A stretch of 64,000 bases of DNA. Source: a virus. Taxonomy: Duplodnaviria; Heunggongvirae; Uroviricota; Caudoviricetes. The DNA lies in IMG/VR virus record IMGVR_UViG_3300044712_000568, positions 102,155 through 166,154 of that record; one strand, written 5' to 3'. The position numbers and the translations under genes are program-made. Shown here piece by piece: positions 1 to 10,100 of the stretch (position 1 is the stretch's first letter; every line of letters starts with the position of its first letter). The notes beneath the pieces are model-generated. The model was not told the DNA's origin. It saw only the letters and a list, made by a program, of their open reading frames with translations, and made no database searches.

Positions 1-2331
1 TTTAATTTGCTGATATACTTTATTTCCTAAAATTACAGTAGTGCCTCCACCAAGATCTACTGTTTCAAGACCTCCAAAATAAAAATCGCAAGTGTCGATT
101 CCAGAGACAGAAGAAACTGATTTGATAAATTCAGTAGCTTTAAATCCAAGTCCCATTTCTAATTTTTTAAAGTCAAAGAATGATGAAGCCACTGATTGAA
201 CATCTGACTTTACTTGTCCAGCAAGATATCCCGGCTTAATTCTAACGTCAATTCTAACGTCAAGGGGTCGTAACAAGCCATCAACTATTTCTAGTGATAC
301 GCCCAGGCATTTATATGCGTTTAGATACTCTCTAAGTTGTAGCTTTTCCACTAAAGAAAGAGGCTCTAACTTCTCTAATGAATTCCCGAAGCGTCTGGCT
401 AAGGTATAAATTCTGACCACAGAACCATCTGCATCTGCTTTGGAAAGAGTAGTAGCAACTTTATAATTATAGTTAAATTTCTTAACTAAAATAGTATAAT
501 CAGTTCCTGTCACCGCTCTATCTTGAGATGAGAAAAAGCGGGTAACTAGCTCTTTTGCTACAGCTGGGTCCTCGCCAGAAATAGCTGGCGAGGAATCGTA
601 GTCATTTCTAATCAATAGATCAACGCTTCCAACTGTGACCGTTTGATTGGCTTCACCGATTCTAACAATGTTACCTGTAGTTTCGGCATCACTTACTCTG
701 TAAATGATTTTAATTGCTGCACTCTTTTCTGGAATTTTTCCAAAAACACCATCTCCAAAACGGACGTTGGCAAAGAAATCACCATCCGTAGTCACTTCGT
801 AAATTTCATCTGATTCAATGTATGTATCGTAGTCAGCGGAAATACCAAAAGCAAAAGTATTAGCTGAAATTGCTTTACCAATAGCTATTTTTTCATCTGG
901 GTGTAATTTTAAATACGCAATATCTGGATATAACGTTAAATCTGCTAAATCTAATTGGGTATCTGAAATAATCTGAGGTTGATATACTGGAGTTAAAATA
1001 CCATTAATAATTCTATTTCCAATAAATGTGTTATTTAATAGATATAGAATATCTCCAGTTTCCCAGTAAACTTTAGCATTACCATTATATACATAGTTTA
1101 ATAAAGTAGACTGTGTGCCATAAATTGGTAAATTATTTGGAGAATCCCCATAGATATATGAAGGATGATATAATAAAACATCTACATAATCTTCAGTATT
1201 ATACTTTTCAGATGTTAGATTTGTGACAATACAAGTATTATATGGGACTAAAAGATCTTTGTAAGCTGTGAATGTGGCAACATCTAATGTATTATTATAA
1301 TCAATAGACATTAGAGTACCTATTTTTAATCTGTTTTGCTGTTTTAATTTTAAAGCATTGGCAGATAGTTTAAAAGATGATGCTAAATACGGAGTTTTAC
1401 CATCTAATGATGTTCCTACTCTAGTTGCTGTTCTAAATCCAGCTAAACTTAGATAGGTTAGCTCATCCCAAATTTTGTATACTGTTTTACCAGTTACCTT
1501 AGGAACAGTAAAATCTTCTACTTGCACAATAATTTTTGAGTTATTTACTGGGCCATTTCCTAAAGTAATAATTTGATTAGAAGTTCCATTGGAAATAAAA
1601 TCTTCTACTATAGTTTTACCGGTTAAACCAAAACATAGATGGAGATTCTTCTGAAGAGAATCAATTTCAGAATCAGTACTATCTGGATTATCTACATTTA
1701 CATATGGTGGGATTACAAAGTCAGCAAGTAAATCTGGAATCAATGTTCCATTACTCTCTTTAGCTGGAAAAATTTCGTAACTTTCTGTTCCAAAAGTAAA
1801 TCTTTTTCTGCCTAAAGAATTGGAAAACATAATTTCCGAATTATCCTCAACTGCTTTAACATCACTATTAAAATTTGTTGACGGTCTTCTGATTATAGCC
1901 AGAAGAATCATACCCGGTTGAGGTCTAGTGGGTTTATACCCATACATGTTCAATAGTCTGAATGTGGACCAAGAACTTTGTGATGTATCCAAAAATAACT
2001 CATTGACCATAGAATCAGCATGATAACTTATCATCTGTCCCATGTATGCTGTTAAATTTAGCATCATTCCAGCAGTATTTGCATCTGAAAAGTCTCTTGG
2101 TGAATATCCAAAAGCTTTTGAATTAGCCTTCATTAAATTAAGCAATTGAAGCTTAATTGAACTAAAATCCAAATTAGTATAATCGATCGGAGGTAAAATT
2201 GGTTTACTAGTAAGTAAATCCACATCTAGTGGAGCTACATAGGCCGGAATGGCCATATCTTCTCTGATAGATCCTTGAACTAACGGAACTGATTTAGGAT
2301 TATTTGGATCATCGTAGACTACAGTGGCCAT
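1..2331 (-). CDS. Baseplate wedge subunit, T4 gp6-like (partial, runs off left edge; not in ORF track)
   Basis: Hand translation from ATG 2331 (AAGGT upstream) is open to position 1 (777 codons). It contains IDYTNLDFSSIKLQL...RDF, LTAYMGQMISYHAD, VRFGDGVFGKIP, GEDP and QDRAVTGTDY, typical of gp6/baseplate-J-like wedge proteins. Confidence 0.85.
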   Translation of the reverse strand, partial: MATVVYDDPNNPKSVPLVQGSIREDMAIPAYVAPLDVDLLTSKPILPPIDYTNLDFSSIKLQLLNLMKANSKAFGYSPRDFSDANTAGMMLNLTAYMGQMISYHADSMVNELFLDTSQSSWSTFRLLNMYGYKPTRPQPGMILLAIIRRPSTNFNSDVKAVEDNSEIMFSNSLGRKRFTFGTESYEIFPAKESNGTLIPDLLADFVIPPYVNVDNPDSTDSEIDSLQKNLHLCFGLTGKTIVEDFISNGTSNQIITLGNGPVNNSKIIVQVEDFTVPKVTGKTVYKIWDELTYLSLAGFRTATRVGTSLDGKTPYLASSFKLSANALKLKQQNRLKIGTLMSIDYNNTLDVATFTAYKDLLVPYNTCIVTNLTSEKYNTEDYVDVLLYHPSYIYGDSPNNLPIYGTQSTLLNYVYNGNAKVYWETGDILYLLNNTFIGNRIINGILTPVYQPQIISDTQLDLADLTLYPDIAYLKLHPDEKIAIGKAISANTFAFGISADYDTYIESDEIYEVTTDGDFFANVRFGDGVFGKIPEKSAAIKIIYRVSDAETTGNIVRIGEANQTVTVGSVDLLIRNDYDSSPAISGEDPAVAKELVTRFFSSQDRAVTGTDYTILVKKFNYNYKVATTLSKADADGSVVRIYTLARRFGNSLEKLEPLSLVEKLQLREYLNAYKCLGVSLEIVDGLLRPLDVRIDVRIKPGYLAGQVKSDVQSVASSFFDFKKLEMGLGFKATEFIKSVSSVSGIDTCDFYFGGLETVDLGGGTTVILGNKVYQQIK

Positions 2332-2340
2332 TCGTTACCT

Positions 2341-2529
2341 TTATTTAGTATATCCTTGAGCATACCACCCTCCACCGTTAAAGACGATAGAAGGTGCTCC
2401 GACAATTTGTCTCTCTAATGTTTTGGATGCATTGCAATGCGGACAATCTTGTATTAATGGAGCATGAATAGATTCTAGCTTCTCTTCTTCTTGCTTGCAA
2501 TTAGCGCACTTATAATTATAGAGTGGCAC
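2341..2529 (-). CDS. FmdB-type zinc-ribbon protein
   Basis: MPLYNYKCANC...CPHC...FNGGGWY pattern; GTG start with AGGTGA upstream. Confidence 0.8.
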   Translation of the reverse strand: MPLYNYKCANCKQEEEKLESIHAPLIQDCPHCNASKTLERQIVGAPSIVFNGGGWYAQGYTK

Positions 2530-2544
2530 AACTCACCTGACTTA

Positions 2545-2769
2545 TTATGGGATTCTAGTAATAATGCCTTTTTCAATATAGGCTTCAAGTAAATCCACAT
2601 TATAAGACGGATCGTTAATATTGCTTACACGCCAAAGAGACTCGTCTACATCTTCTCCTGGCTTGAGAGACAATACTGTATCGACATCTACAAAGTTTAC
2701 CTTTGGTGTAGGTGTCTTAAACATTTGGATAGAAACTATACTAGGCGTAATGTTTTTTAATCTTGACAT
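2545..2769 (-). CDS. Hypothetical protein
   Basis: 74 aa ORF with AGAGG SD, packed in the operon. Confidence 0.6.
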   Translation of the reverse strand: MSRLKNITPSIVSIQMFKTPTPKVNFVDVDTVLSLKPGEDVDESLWRVSNINDPSYNVDLLEAYIEKGIITRIP

Positions 2770-2788
2770 TTTTATTCCTCTAACTTAA

Positions 2789-3283
2789 TTAACCAGAAAC
2801 TGTAGACTTAATAGTATCTCTCAACGCATTAATAACGCTGGATTCGTTTTTAGTCTCAGTTGCAACTTTTAATAATAAATCCATAAATTCAATATCACAA
2901 GCTCGTTCTCGTGAATATGGATTTAATGCTTGCGTACGTAAAATATATTCAAAAAGGTCATCAGGTTTTGCGGAAGACAAAGTTCCTTTGTTTCCTTTAA
3001 TACGTTTTAATTTAGCTTGTCGTTGTTCTTCTTTTAATGCGGCAACTTGATCTGATGGTAACTGACCAATAGCTATTAATTGTTGATCCAAGTCATCATA
3101 TGTTTGTTTATCTTTATAAAAACTGGCACGATCTTCTTGCGTGGCAGTACCATCTACAATTTTAGCTCTGGTTATAGCCATATTTTTTAATACTAATAAC
3201 TGTTTAGTCACAAGAGTTTTTGCTAAATCTTCTGATAATTTAGCTTCAGCTTTAATTTGTAAATCTGCTTGAGTATCTGCCAT
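2789..3283 (-). CDS. Hypothetical helical protein
   Basis: 164 aa ORF, TAATG-coupled to the upstream gene. Confidence 0.65.
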   Translation of the reverse strand: MADTQADLQIKAEAKLSEDLAKTLVTKQLLVLKNMAITRAKIVDGTATQEDRASFYKDKQTYDDLDQQLIAIGQLPSDQVAALKEEQRQAKLKRIKGNKGTLSSAKPDDLFEYILRTQALNPYSRERACDIEFMDLLLKVATETKNESSVINALRDTIKSTVSG

Positions 3284-3984
3284 TATACCGCCAATTGTTC
3301 TTTTAGTAATTGTTCAAATGACTGTAGTGCTTTTACTTCTTGAGTTAATGCTACTATTTTAGAATCTTGTTGAATACTTTGATCGGTTTGTCCTTGAGAT
3401 TTTAGTAATCTAATTCTGTCAGCAATTTGTTTAGTATCATCTGTAATATTTGCTTGAGTAGTTTTTAATGTACTATTATAAGTAAGTTCTTTTACTTTTC
3501 TAACTGCCGCTGATTTGGCTATATTAATTTTATTAACAATATCTATTTTAAGATCTGCTAAAAATTTAGCTACATTTTCTAATGCCAATACAGTAGATAG
3601 TTCTGTTAGTTCTGCTGTTTTTACTGATAGCAGAACTGGGATACGCGCTAACAATACTACAATTTCTGCTATTAATTTAAAACATTGAGCAGCTGCTACA
3701 ATTTCTTCTGCCCAAGTTTTTATCATTAACATAGATTTTGCTATACCGCTCGTTGCTTGAGATGCTACTGATGCAGCTAATGCGGCTTCAGTTACTACCA
3801 TATTATTTTGAACGGCCGCTAATTGAGCATTTACACTTTCTCTGAGTTGTGTCAAAGCATTGCAAGCTTCTGGCACAGACTTATAGGATAAAGTATCAAA
3901 TTTTTCAATTCCAGATACAATATTTTGTAATTGTGTTTTATATGCCTGTAATCGTTTTTTATAAGGTTTAAAAATGCTGGCCAT
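3283..3984 (-). CDS. Hypothetical coiled-coil protein
   Basis: 233 aa, Ala/Leu/Lys-rich heptad-like sequence. Confidence 0.65.
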   Translation of the reverse strand: MASIFKPYKKRLQAYKTQLQNIVSGIEKFDTLSYKSVPEACNALTQLRESVNAQLAAVQNNMVVTEAALAASVASQATSGIAKSMLMIKTWAEEIVAAAQCFKLIAEIVVLLARIPVLLSVKTAELTELSTVLALENVAKFLADLKIDIVNKINIAKSAAVRKVKELTYNSTLKTTQANITDDTKQIADRIRLLKSQGQTDQSIQQDSKIVALTQEVKALQSFEQLLKEQLAV

Positions 3985-3999
3985 AATATCTCAAATAAC

Positions 4000-4779
4000 T
4001 TATAATAATATATCATTAGAACGAGTATTAAATACATAACTTTGTTTCGTTGGAGGTTGCGTTAAGAAACCCTCTACTGTAATTTGTAAAGTAGCACGGA
4101 CAACTCTACGATCAGTCCCAGGAACAAAATTTGAATTGTCAGTAAATCCAGTTAAGTTCATTTTTGCATATGGCATATAAAAAGATTTTTGTGTCTCATC
4201 CACATAAGAATATAAGTCTGTTAAATAGGAATATGGATTAAAATCTAGCTGTATAGCAGATACAATCTGATAAAATACTTCACGAGTTTCTGTCCAAATA
4301 TCTACTTGAAATGAATAATTTGTAGGTCTTGGTGTTGTAGTTACCCATACCTTAGACGGATCATTTTTATCAGGCTTATAAAAGGATCTAACGCTTGGAT
4401 CTACTGCACGTTTACCATCGTATTCAATATTAGATAAATAATAAGAAATTACTGGTAGTATAATTCTATCTTTAATTGAAGCTTCTTGTGAAACGCCGTT
4501 TAATCCCTTATCGTCAGAAAAGACTAAATTGGGTGCAGCATATCTAATTGGAAATTCTACAAAAGTATTTTTAGTAACATCATAAAAAGAGTTTTTCGTT
4601 TTTAAATAATCGCCAAACTTAGATACAAAATGTCTAACATCTCCAACGTAAGAACTTGCAACTGTATTCTGATATGAATATAGTAAGCTTTCTCTATCTA
4701 CAGTCAGACGCGCATCTTGATCGCCAATAGGTGGCAATGTATTACCTTGACGATCTTCTTCTGGAATAAACTCAGTCAT
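4000..4779 (-). CDS. Tail terminator / sheath stabiliser, T4 gp15-like
   Basis: LPVISYYLSNIEYDGKRA...PRPTNYSFQVDIWT...QIVSAIQLDFNP resembles the gp15 pattern. Confidence 0.7.
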   Translation of the reverse strand: MTEFIPEEDRQGNTLPPIGDQDARLTVDRESLLYSYQNTVASSYVGDVRHFVSKFGDYLKTKNSFYDVTKNTFVEFPIRYAAPNLVFSDDKGLNGVSQEASIKDRIILPVISYYLSNIEYDGKRAVDPSVRSFYKPDKNDPSKVWVTTTPRPTNYSFQVDIWTETREVFYQIVSAIQLDFNPYSYLTDLYSYVDETQKSFYMPYAKMNLTGFTDNSNFVPGTDRRVVRATLQITVEGFLTQPPTKQSYVFNTRSNDILL

Positions 4780-4788
4780 TTAATAGCC

Positions 4789-5295
4789 TTAGAAATAGAT
4801 AGTCCATGTAATATTTAATGCGATTGATTCAGATTTAACAATGGTAGCAAATCTTTTAATAGCAAAAGCAGTCGCTGGATTTGTACTTAGCATGAGTGCC
4901 AATTCATTAATAGATTTACCATTAAGAACAGTTCCAACTTTTGGAATGTTAATAATATAAACCAATTTAGGTCTAGCATCAGATATTGCTAAGGATGAGG
5001 AATCTACTGTAAAAGTATAATCTTGTCCCAAAACTAAACTTGGAATTCCAGTAATTGTTAATTCCGTAGGTAATACTGGTTTGATTTGATTGGGATCTCC
5101 TATGGCTGTTCCATTAGAACCAAAAGAAATATCAGAGATATATGCTCCGGCACCAGACAACATGTGCTGTGCTACTTTCTTTCTCCCATTCAATACAATT
5201 AGATTTTTGTCATTGACTAGAATTTTAGTTCCAGTATCACTTATTGCAGTAATTACAACTTCACCGCGGAAATCTAAAGTCTCATTTATACGCAT
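4789..5295 (-). CDS. Putative baseplate/tail structural protein
   Basis: NLIVLNGRKKVAQHM...ISDISFGSNGT...INELAL...ITWTI pattern seen in myovirus baseplate/fibre-anchor proteins; tail-module context. Confidence 0.5.
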   Translation of the reverse strand: MRINETLDFRGEVVITAISDTGTKILVNDKNLIVLNGRKKVAQHMLSGAGAYISDISFGSNGTAIGDPNQIKPVLPTELTITGIPSLVLGQDYTFTVDSSSLAISDARPKLVYIINIPKVGTVLNGKSINELALMLSTNPATAFAIKRFATIVKSESIALNITWTIYF

Positions 5296-5323
5296 GAAAA
5301 ACCCTCTTCCAAATTAATTCGAT

Positions 5324-5354
5324 AAAAATAGGGCCCTAACAAAAATTAGGGCCC
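5324..5354 (-). terminator. Rho-independent terminator
   Basis: Minus strand GGGCCCTAA-TTTTTG-TTAGGGCCC followed by TATTTTT, just after the 5375 gene. Confidence 0.8.
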
Positions 5355-5374
5355 AATGCAAATACATTGTATTA

Positions 5375-6016
5375 TTACTTTAGCATGTTCATGCCAATAT
5401 CGTTATCTAATCCTACAACCGAATATCCTTCAATGTCATCCTCAACACCCTTGATACGATCTCCAGTTTGCATAGTTGCCGGCATAATTCCAGCGTTACT
5501 TATTTGAACAGAGGTTATCATACCCTGTCCTCTTTGCATTACAGTATTCTGTAAATCACTAGATAGATCTAATGGAGGAGCCGAGTTTAAACAATCGTAG
5601 TCTTCTATTTCTTTTTGAACTTCTACCGGAGCTGTTTCCACTGGAGCAAGAATATCGTCAACAACGGCTACTTCTTCTTTTAATGGTTTAGTAGCGTAAC
5701 TATCATCTTTGAATACTACTTGAATAGGTTTCTTAACTCCAATAACTACAGTGTCAGGCTCATTTGGAAGCTTTCCAACTGTAAGTAAAGTATCTGATAC
5801 TGGAGCTAAATTATTTGCTGCCGTTGAAGGGTCAAAGGGCAACTCTGCTGGAGCTATCCTTTTAGTCGCATCAAATTCTTTTGGTTGGTATAAACTATCT
5901 AATGCATCAAGAGCAGAAGACTCTAAAAGAGAAGAAAGAATTTTCTTTGCTTCAGCTTTTTTAGCATCTGCTGAAGGCACTTGATAAGATAGAAAATTAT
6001 TTCTTGGTTTATACAT
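5375..6016 (-). CDS. Hypothetical acidic Pro-rich protein
   Basis: 213 aa ORF, TAATG-coupled. Confidence 0.6.
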   Translation of the reverse strand: MYKPRNNFLSYQVPSADAKKAEAKKILSSLLESSALDALDSLYQPKEFDATKRIAPAELPFDPSTAANNLAPVSDTLLTVGKLPNEPDTVVIGVKKPIQVVFKDDSYATKPLKEEVAVVDDILAPVETAPVEVQKEIEDYDCLNSAPPLDLSSDLQNTVMQRGQGMITSVQISNAGIMPATMQTGDRIKGVEDDIEGYSVVGLDNDIGMNMLK

Positions 6017-6378
6017 TACTTACCCTTTTTAACCTTTGGGGCTGCCTCTACTGGAGCGGCATCTACCGGAGGAACTACAATGGGCGCAATAGGTGGATTA
6101 GAAGTGAGAATAGGCTCGTCAGCTTTAGCTGCTTCTCTTTTGGCGGTTTCAATATTTCTAGCGTCTGCAGCAGCTGCCTGCACTACACTGTGAGAAATGT
6201 CATATCCATTTTCGTCAATACGAGACAAAATATGTGGCACATAAATATCTAAATTTCCATTAGATACTTCAACTCTAGCTCCAGCACCCAAAGGAATACT
6301 AGTTACCTGAGTTTTATCATCAGATAATAGAGTTACTATCTGAGTTGTTTCTGTAATATTTTTATAAATAAAGCGCAT
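6016..6378 (-). CDS. Hypothetical protein with Ala/Pro-rich tail
   Basis: 120 aa ORF in the operon. Confidence 0.6.
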   Translation of the reverse strand: MRFIYKNITETTQIVTLLSDDKTQVTSIPLGAGARVEVSNGNLDIYVPHILSRIDENGYDISHSVVQAAAADARNIETAKREAAKADEPILTSNPPIAPIVVPPVDAAPVEAAPKVKKGK

Positions 6379-6380
6379 AA

Positions 6381-6626
6381 TTACTTTCCTTTTTTGTGAG
6401 TTTCACCGCAAAAATTACATGTCAGTTCTTTTGCGTTTGAGTTGGCATTTGACCAACCATAATGTTTAATAATATTACAACCTCGGCAAGTATTATCGGT
6501 AGCATAGCGCATAAATCCAGTCTTTTTAAGACGCTTTTGCGGCTCATCTGAAACTGGTTTAGAATAGGTTGCAACACTACTTGAGGTAGTTTCTTCTACG
6601 AGATTGAGTAATTGATCTAATTTCAT
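6381..6626 (-). CDS. Small protein with capsid-like N-terminal peptide and two CxxC motifs
   Basis: Likely start MKLDQ at 6626. It has LVEETTSSSVATY, then CRGC and CNFC. Confidence 0.65.
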   Translation of the reverse strand: MKLDQLLNLVEETTSSSVATYSKPVSDEPQKRLKKTGFMRYATDNTCRGCNIIKHYGWSNANSNAKELTCNFCGETHKKGK

Positions 6627-6627
6627 G

Positions 6628-7113
6628 TTATCTTCTCTCCAAAGCAATTTTATCAGTTAGAGGAGCGTCTACACCATAGAAGGGAGAGCCGCCTCTGTAT
6701 TGACTAGCTGGAACTCCTTCTGGCTTCAAAAATCTAGGAGGTAATTTATCTGCCGAAACCTCTAAATTCTTACTCCATAAGATTGGGTTAAATAAAACAC
6801 GATTATTTACTGCGGCCACAAAACTAGTTTTATTAGTTTTGATTAACTCTACCATAGTAGGATTATTAATACTCTCAAAATACTTTTCAATTAAATCTAA
6901 ATTATGTAAGTATTTTTGATAAGCAAAAGATAAATTAGCTTTATCTTCAGGATTAGCTAAAATCTTATATGCAGTTCCCTGCATAAAACGTAGAGTATCT
7001 AATAAAGACTGCTTGTATGCAGCAGCTTGCTCTTCTGGAGTCTTCATCGAAAAAGCTTCGACTAATGCCTCTGGGTTAATGAAGTCCTCAAGTGCTAACT
7101 TTGTAATTGCCAT
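6628..7113 (-). CDS. Hypothetical protein
   Basis: Likely start ATG 7113 (MAITK), with AAGGTG SD. Confidence 0.65.
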   Translation of the reverse strand: MAITKLALEDFINPEALVEAFSMKTPEEQAAAYKQSLLDTLRFMQGTAYKILANPEDKANLSFAYQKYLHNLDLIEKYFESINNPTMVELIKTNKTSFVAAVNNRVLFNPILWSKNLEVSADKLPPRFLKPEGVPASQYRGGSPFYGVDAPLTDKIALERR

Positions 7114-7138
7114 AAATAACACACCTTATATTTAATTA

Positions 7139-10100
7139 TTAAACTAACGCAGTATAAGAGATTGTAATTGAATCATTTGGTTGTAATGCATGTAGGAAAG
7201 ATTGCAAAAATCTAACTCTATATGAGACTGGGGTATTAGGAACTGCTGCAAAATCCCAGTAAGTTCCATAAGCTACATCTATTCCATTTTTTCTAACTGT
7301 AACATTAGGCTGAGCGAGTTCTCTATATAATTTTGGAGATGGAGCAATAGCAGTTGGCGTAGTAGACACTGATACGCTTATAAAATCTCCAGTATCTCCT
7401 CTGTACCAAGAAATTATCGGATTGTGTTCGAAAGTATGCTCATATATATTTTCTTTATCTATTACAGAGAATCCTAATGGAATTACAAAAGAATCAGTGG
7501 CTGGAGTAGTACTAAATGGTAAACCGGTAAGCGGATCTGCTGGATATGTTGGTAATTGAACACCATCCACTGTAAAATATTCAACTGAAATTGTATCATC
7601 CTGTGCTAATACTAAAGAATTAGTTAAAACTCTTGTTGGATTTGAAGCAAGTGTCCAAACACCATACATAACTTCTAAACCATTGTGTAATACTTTTACA
7701 CTGGGTCTTACTTTAGTATAATCCACTAATGGGAATAATCCAGTTCCTAACACATTACCTGTATTGACTTCTCTCCAAGAAATAAAAATATTTGTTTTTG
7801 GTAAAACAAATTCAGAATCATTTGGTGAATTTACTACAAACTGAGCATAATTTTTTTGTAAACCATCGATATTAATTTCAGCGGGGTCAGCAAAATCATC
7901 CAATAAATCTCCACTATAGGGACACATATCTATTCTAAAATTATTTGCATAAGTTCCTAGTTTTAGAATATCTCCAGTGGCATACATTTCTCTAGCGGAA
8001 AAGTCAAATGGCCCATCATATTGTGGGATATATCCAACACTAACATAGTTATCTTTAATATAAGTAGGATAGTAAATTTTTCCATTTATTAATTTTGCTT
8101 TTAGCGATACTGGAGCTTCAGTATTTGGAAGAGGCAGTACAGTAAATGGAATAGTTGGATTTCTATACATATCTGTATAATCTATTGAATTAGTACTATA
8201 TTTATAATTATCCGTATTATAGTTAGATAACAAAGAGATATGATAGTCTGGTAAATTTTCAGTTCTATTAAATAATGCGTAGTCTTGTCTAAATCCCTGA
8301 TTAGAGGCCCTAGAAGAGCCTATATAAGGTCTAGCCAATTTTTGGGCACTTCCTCTCGTCCAAAGAGAATTGCGAACGTCTGTATCCATTCTTGACGCAG
8401 CAAAGAACTGTGGATGAGTTACTGGAATGTTTTCTAAAGTAGCTAACCATCTAAATGATTGTCTATTTGACAACTGAGCAGTTCCTGAAGTATCGATAGA
8501 ATCGTATGCTGTAGTAGCAGATCCTAAGAATGGTACGTTATGATAATTTGCCCAAATAGTTTTAGCTAGACGCTCAGCTCCTCTATAGAGAGTAGCCGCA
8601 GGATCTGTATAAACAGTCCAAAACGATGTATCTCTAGCAGATAATACATTATAATTTACAGCCTTATATGAAGTTCCTGTATCTTCTAAATGTAAAGTAT
8701 TTCTAGTAAATAATCGAGGTAAATTTTCTCTAAATACTCTTGTTTTACTATAGTCTTCTATTAAAGTACCGGTAGCATCGTCATACGCAATTTCTGGTGA
8801 ATAGTGCGCAGTATCAATTTCAGTTTGAATTGCGCTATTATCCACATAAGTAATACGATTAAACTTAGTATGAATTCGCTTATCAGAAATATTAATATTT
8901 CTACTGGAGTTTGTTAAGGAGAATCCGGCAGTGGTTGGAATTAAACCCGCGTATAAGATATGAAAGTTTAAATGTGATATATCTATTAAAGAGTTAGTAA
9001 TAGCTTTGCTGTTTAAAATAATGCTGTTATTTATCGAGTCATAAGCATAGTGTACTTTTGATGTTAAAATAGTAGCAAATGCTCCAAATCCACTTTTTGC
9101 AGAAGCTATGATTAGCATGTTTTCTTTAACAAGGGCTCTAAAAAGATTTAAGACTGGGTCACCGGTAAGTAATGGAATAGTTGTATTTGAGTTAGTAGTT
9201 GGATTATACATATGATAATTCATAGTCAATCCTACTAAAGTATCTGTTAAACTAACTACACCCTTTAAAGAAATTGGAGCAATTTCAGGGCAAACTGCTG
9301 GATCATATGAAAAAGGTTTTCCAGAAATTACTATAGAATCTTTGCAAAAAGCGTTAGGATCTGTAGTAACAGAAGAAATACTTGTTGGCCATCCAAATCC
9401 ATCAAATGTTAAAGTTGAAACTGTTCCAAATAATTGACGTAAATTACAAGAATATTCAAATGGAATTGGAATTTCTAAAAATGAATATATAGGTTCTGGA
9501 AACACATCAGTATATTTTACAGTTCCTGAAGAATCCATAAGTATAGAACTTGTAGGATTTCCTGGCATATCTGGAGAAGACATTAACGAAAAGTCAGAAG
9601 TTCCCCATAGACTTAATCCTTTAGCAGTTTGATAGTTTCTAGCATATCCAGATAAAGATAAACCTAATTTAGTTAATCTAGATGTATCAATAACTTTTGT
9701 TGCTGCTGTTAAATCAAACATTAAGTGTTTAGTTTCAATATTACCTTTGAACAAAGTAGTATTACTAGAATCTAAATTGTCAGCATCACAAGAACCCAAT
9801 TGTTCTTGATTATAATAAGAAATTTTATCTTCTTCTTGTACAGTTACATAAATATCTGTGCCTTCTCTATACAAAATTGCATCACCGGACAATTCTCCAG
9901 TTCCTGCAGTTTTATCTAAAAGAGAGCCAAAAATATAATCAGATAAACTATACATTACAACTAAGTCATTTATATATACATGAAATGGTTTAAATTGTAA
10001 GAATAAATCTACTGCTTGATTTAAATTAGCATCTGTATAACGTCCAGTAGAATCTACGTGATCTAACTCTAAATCTTTTTTAAAAACTACATTGATTCTT

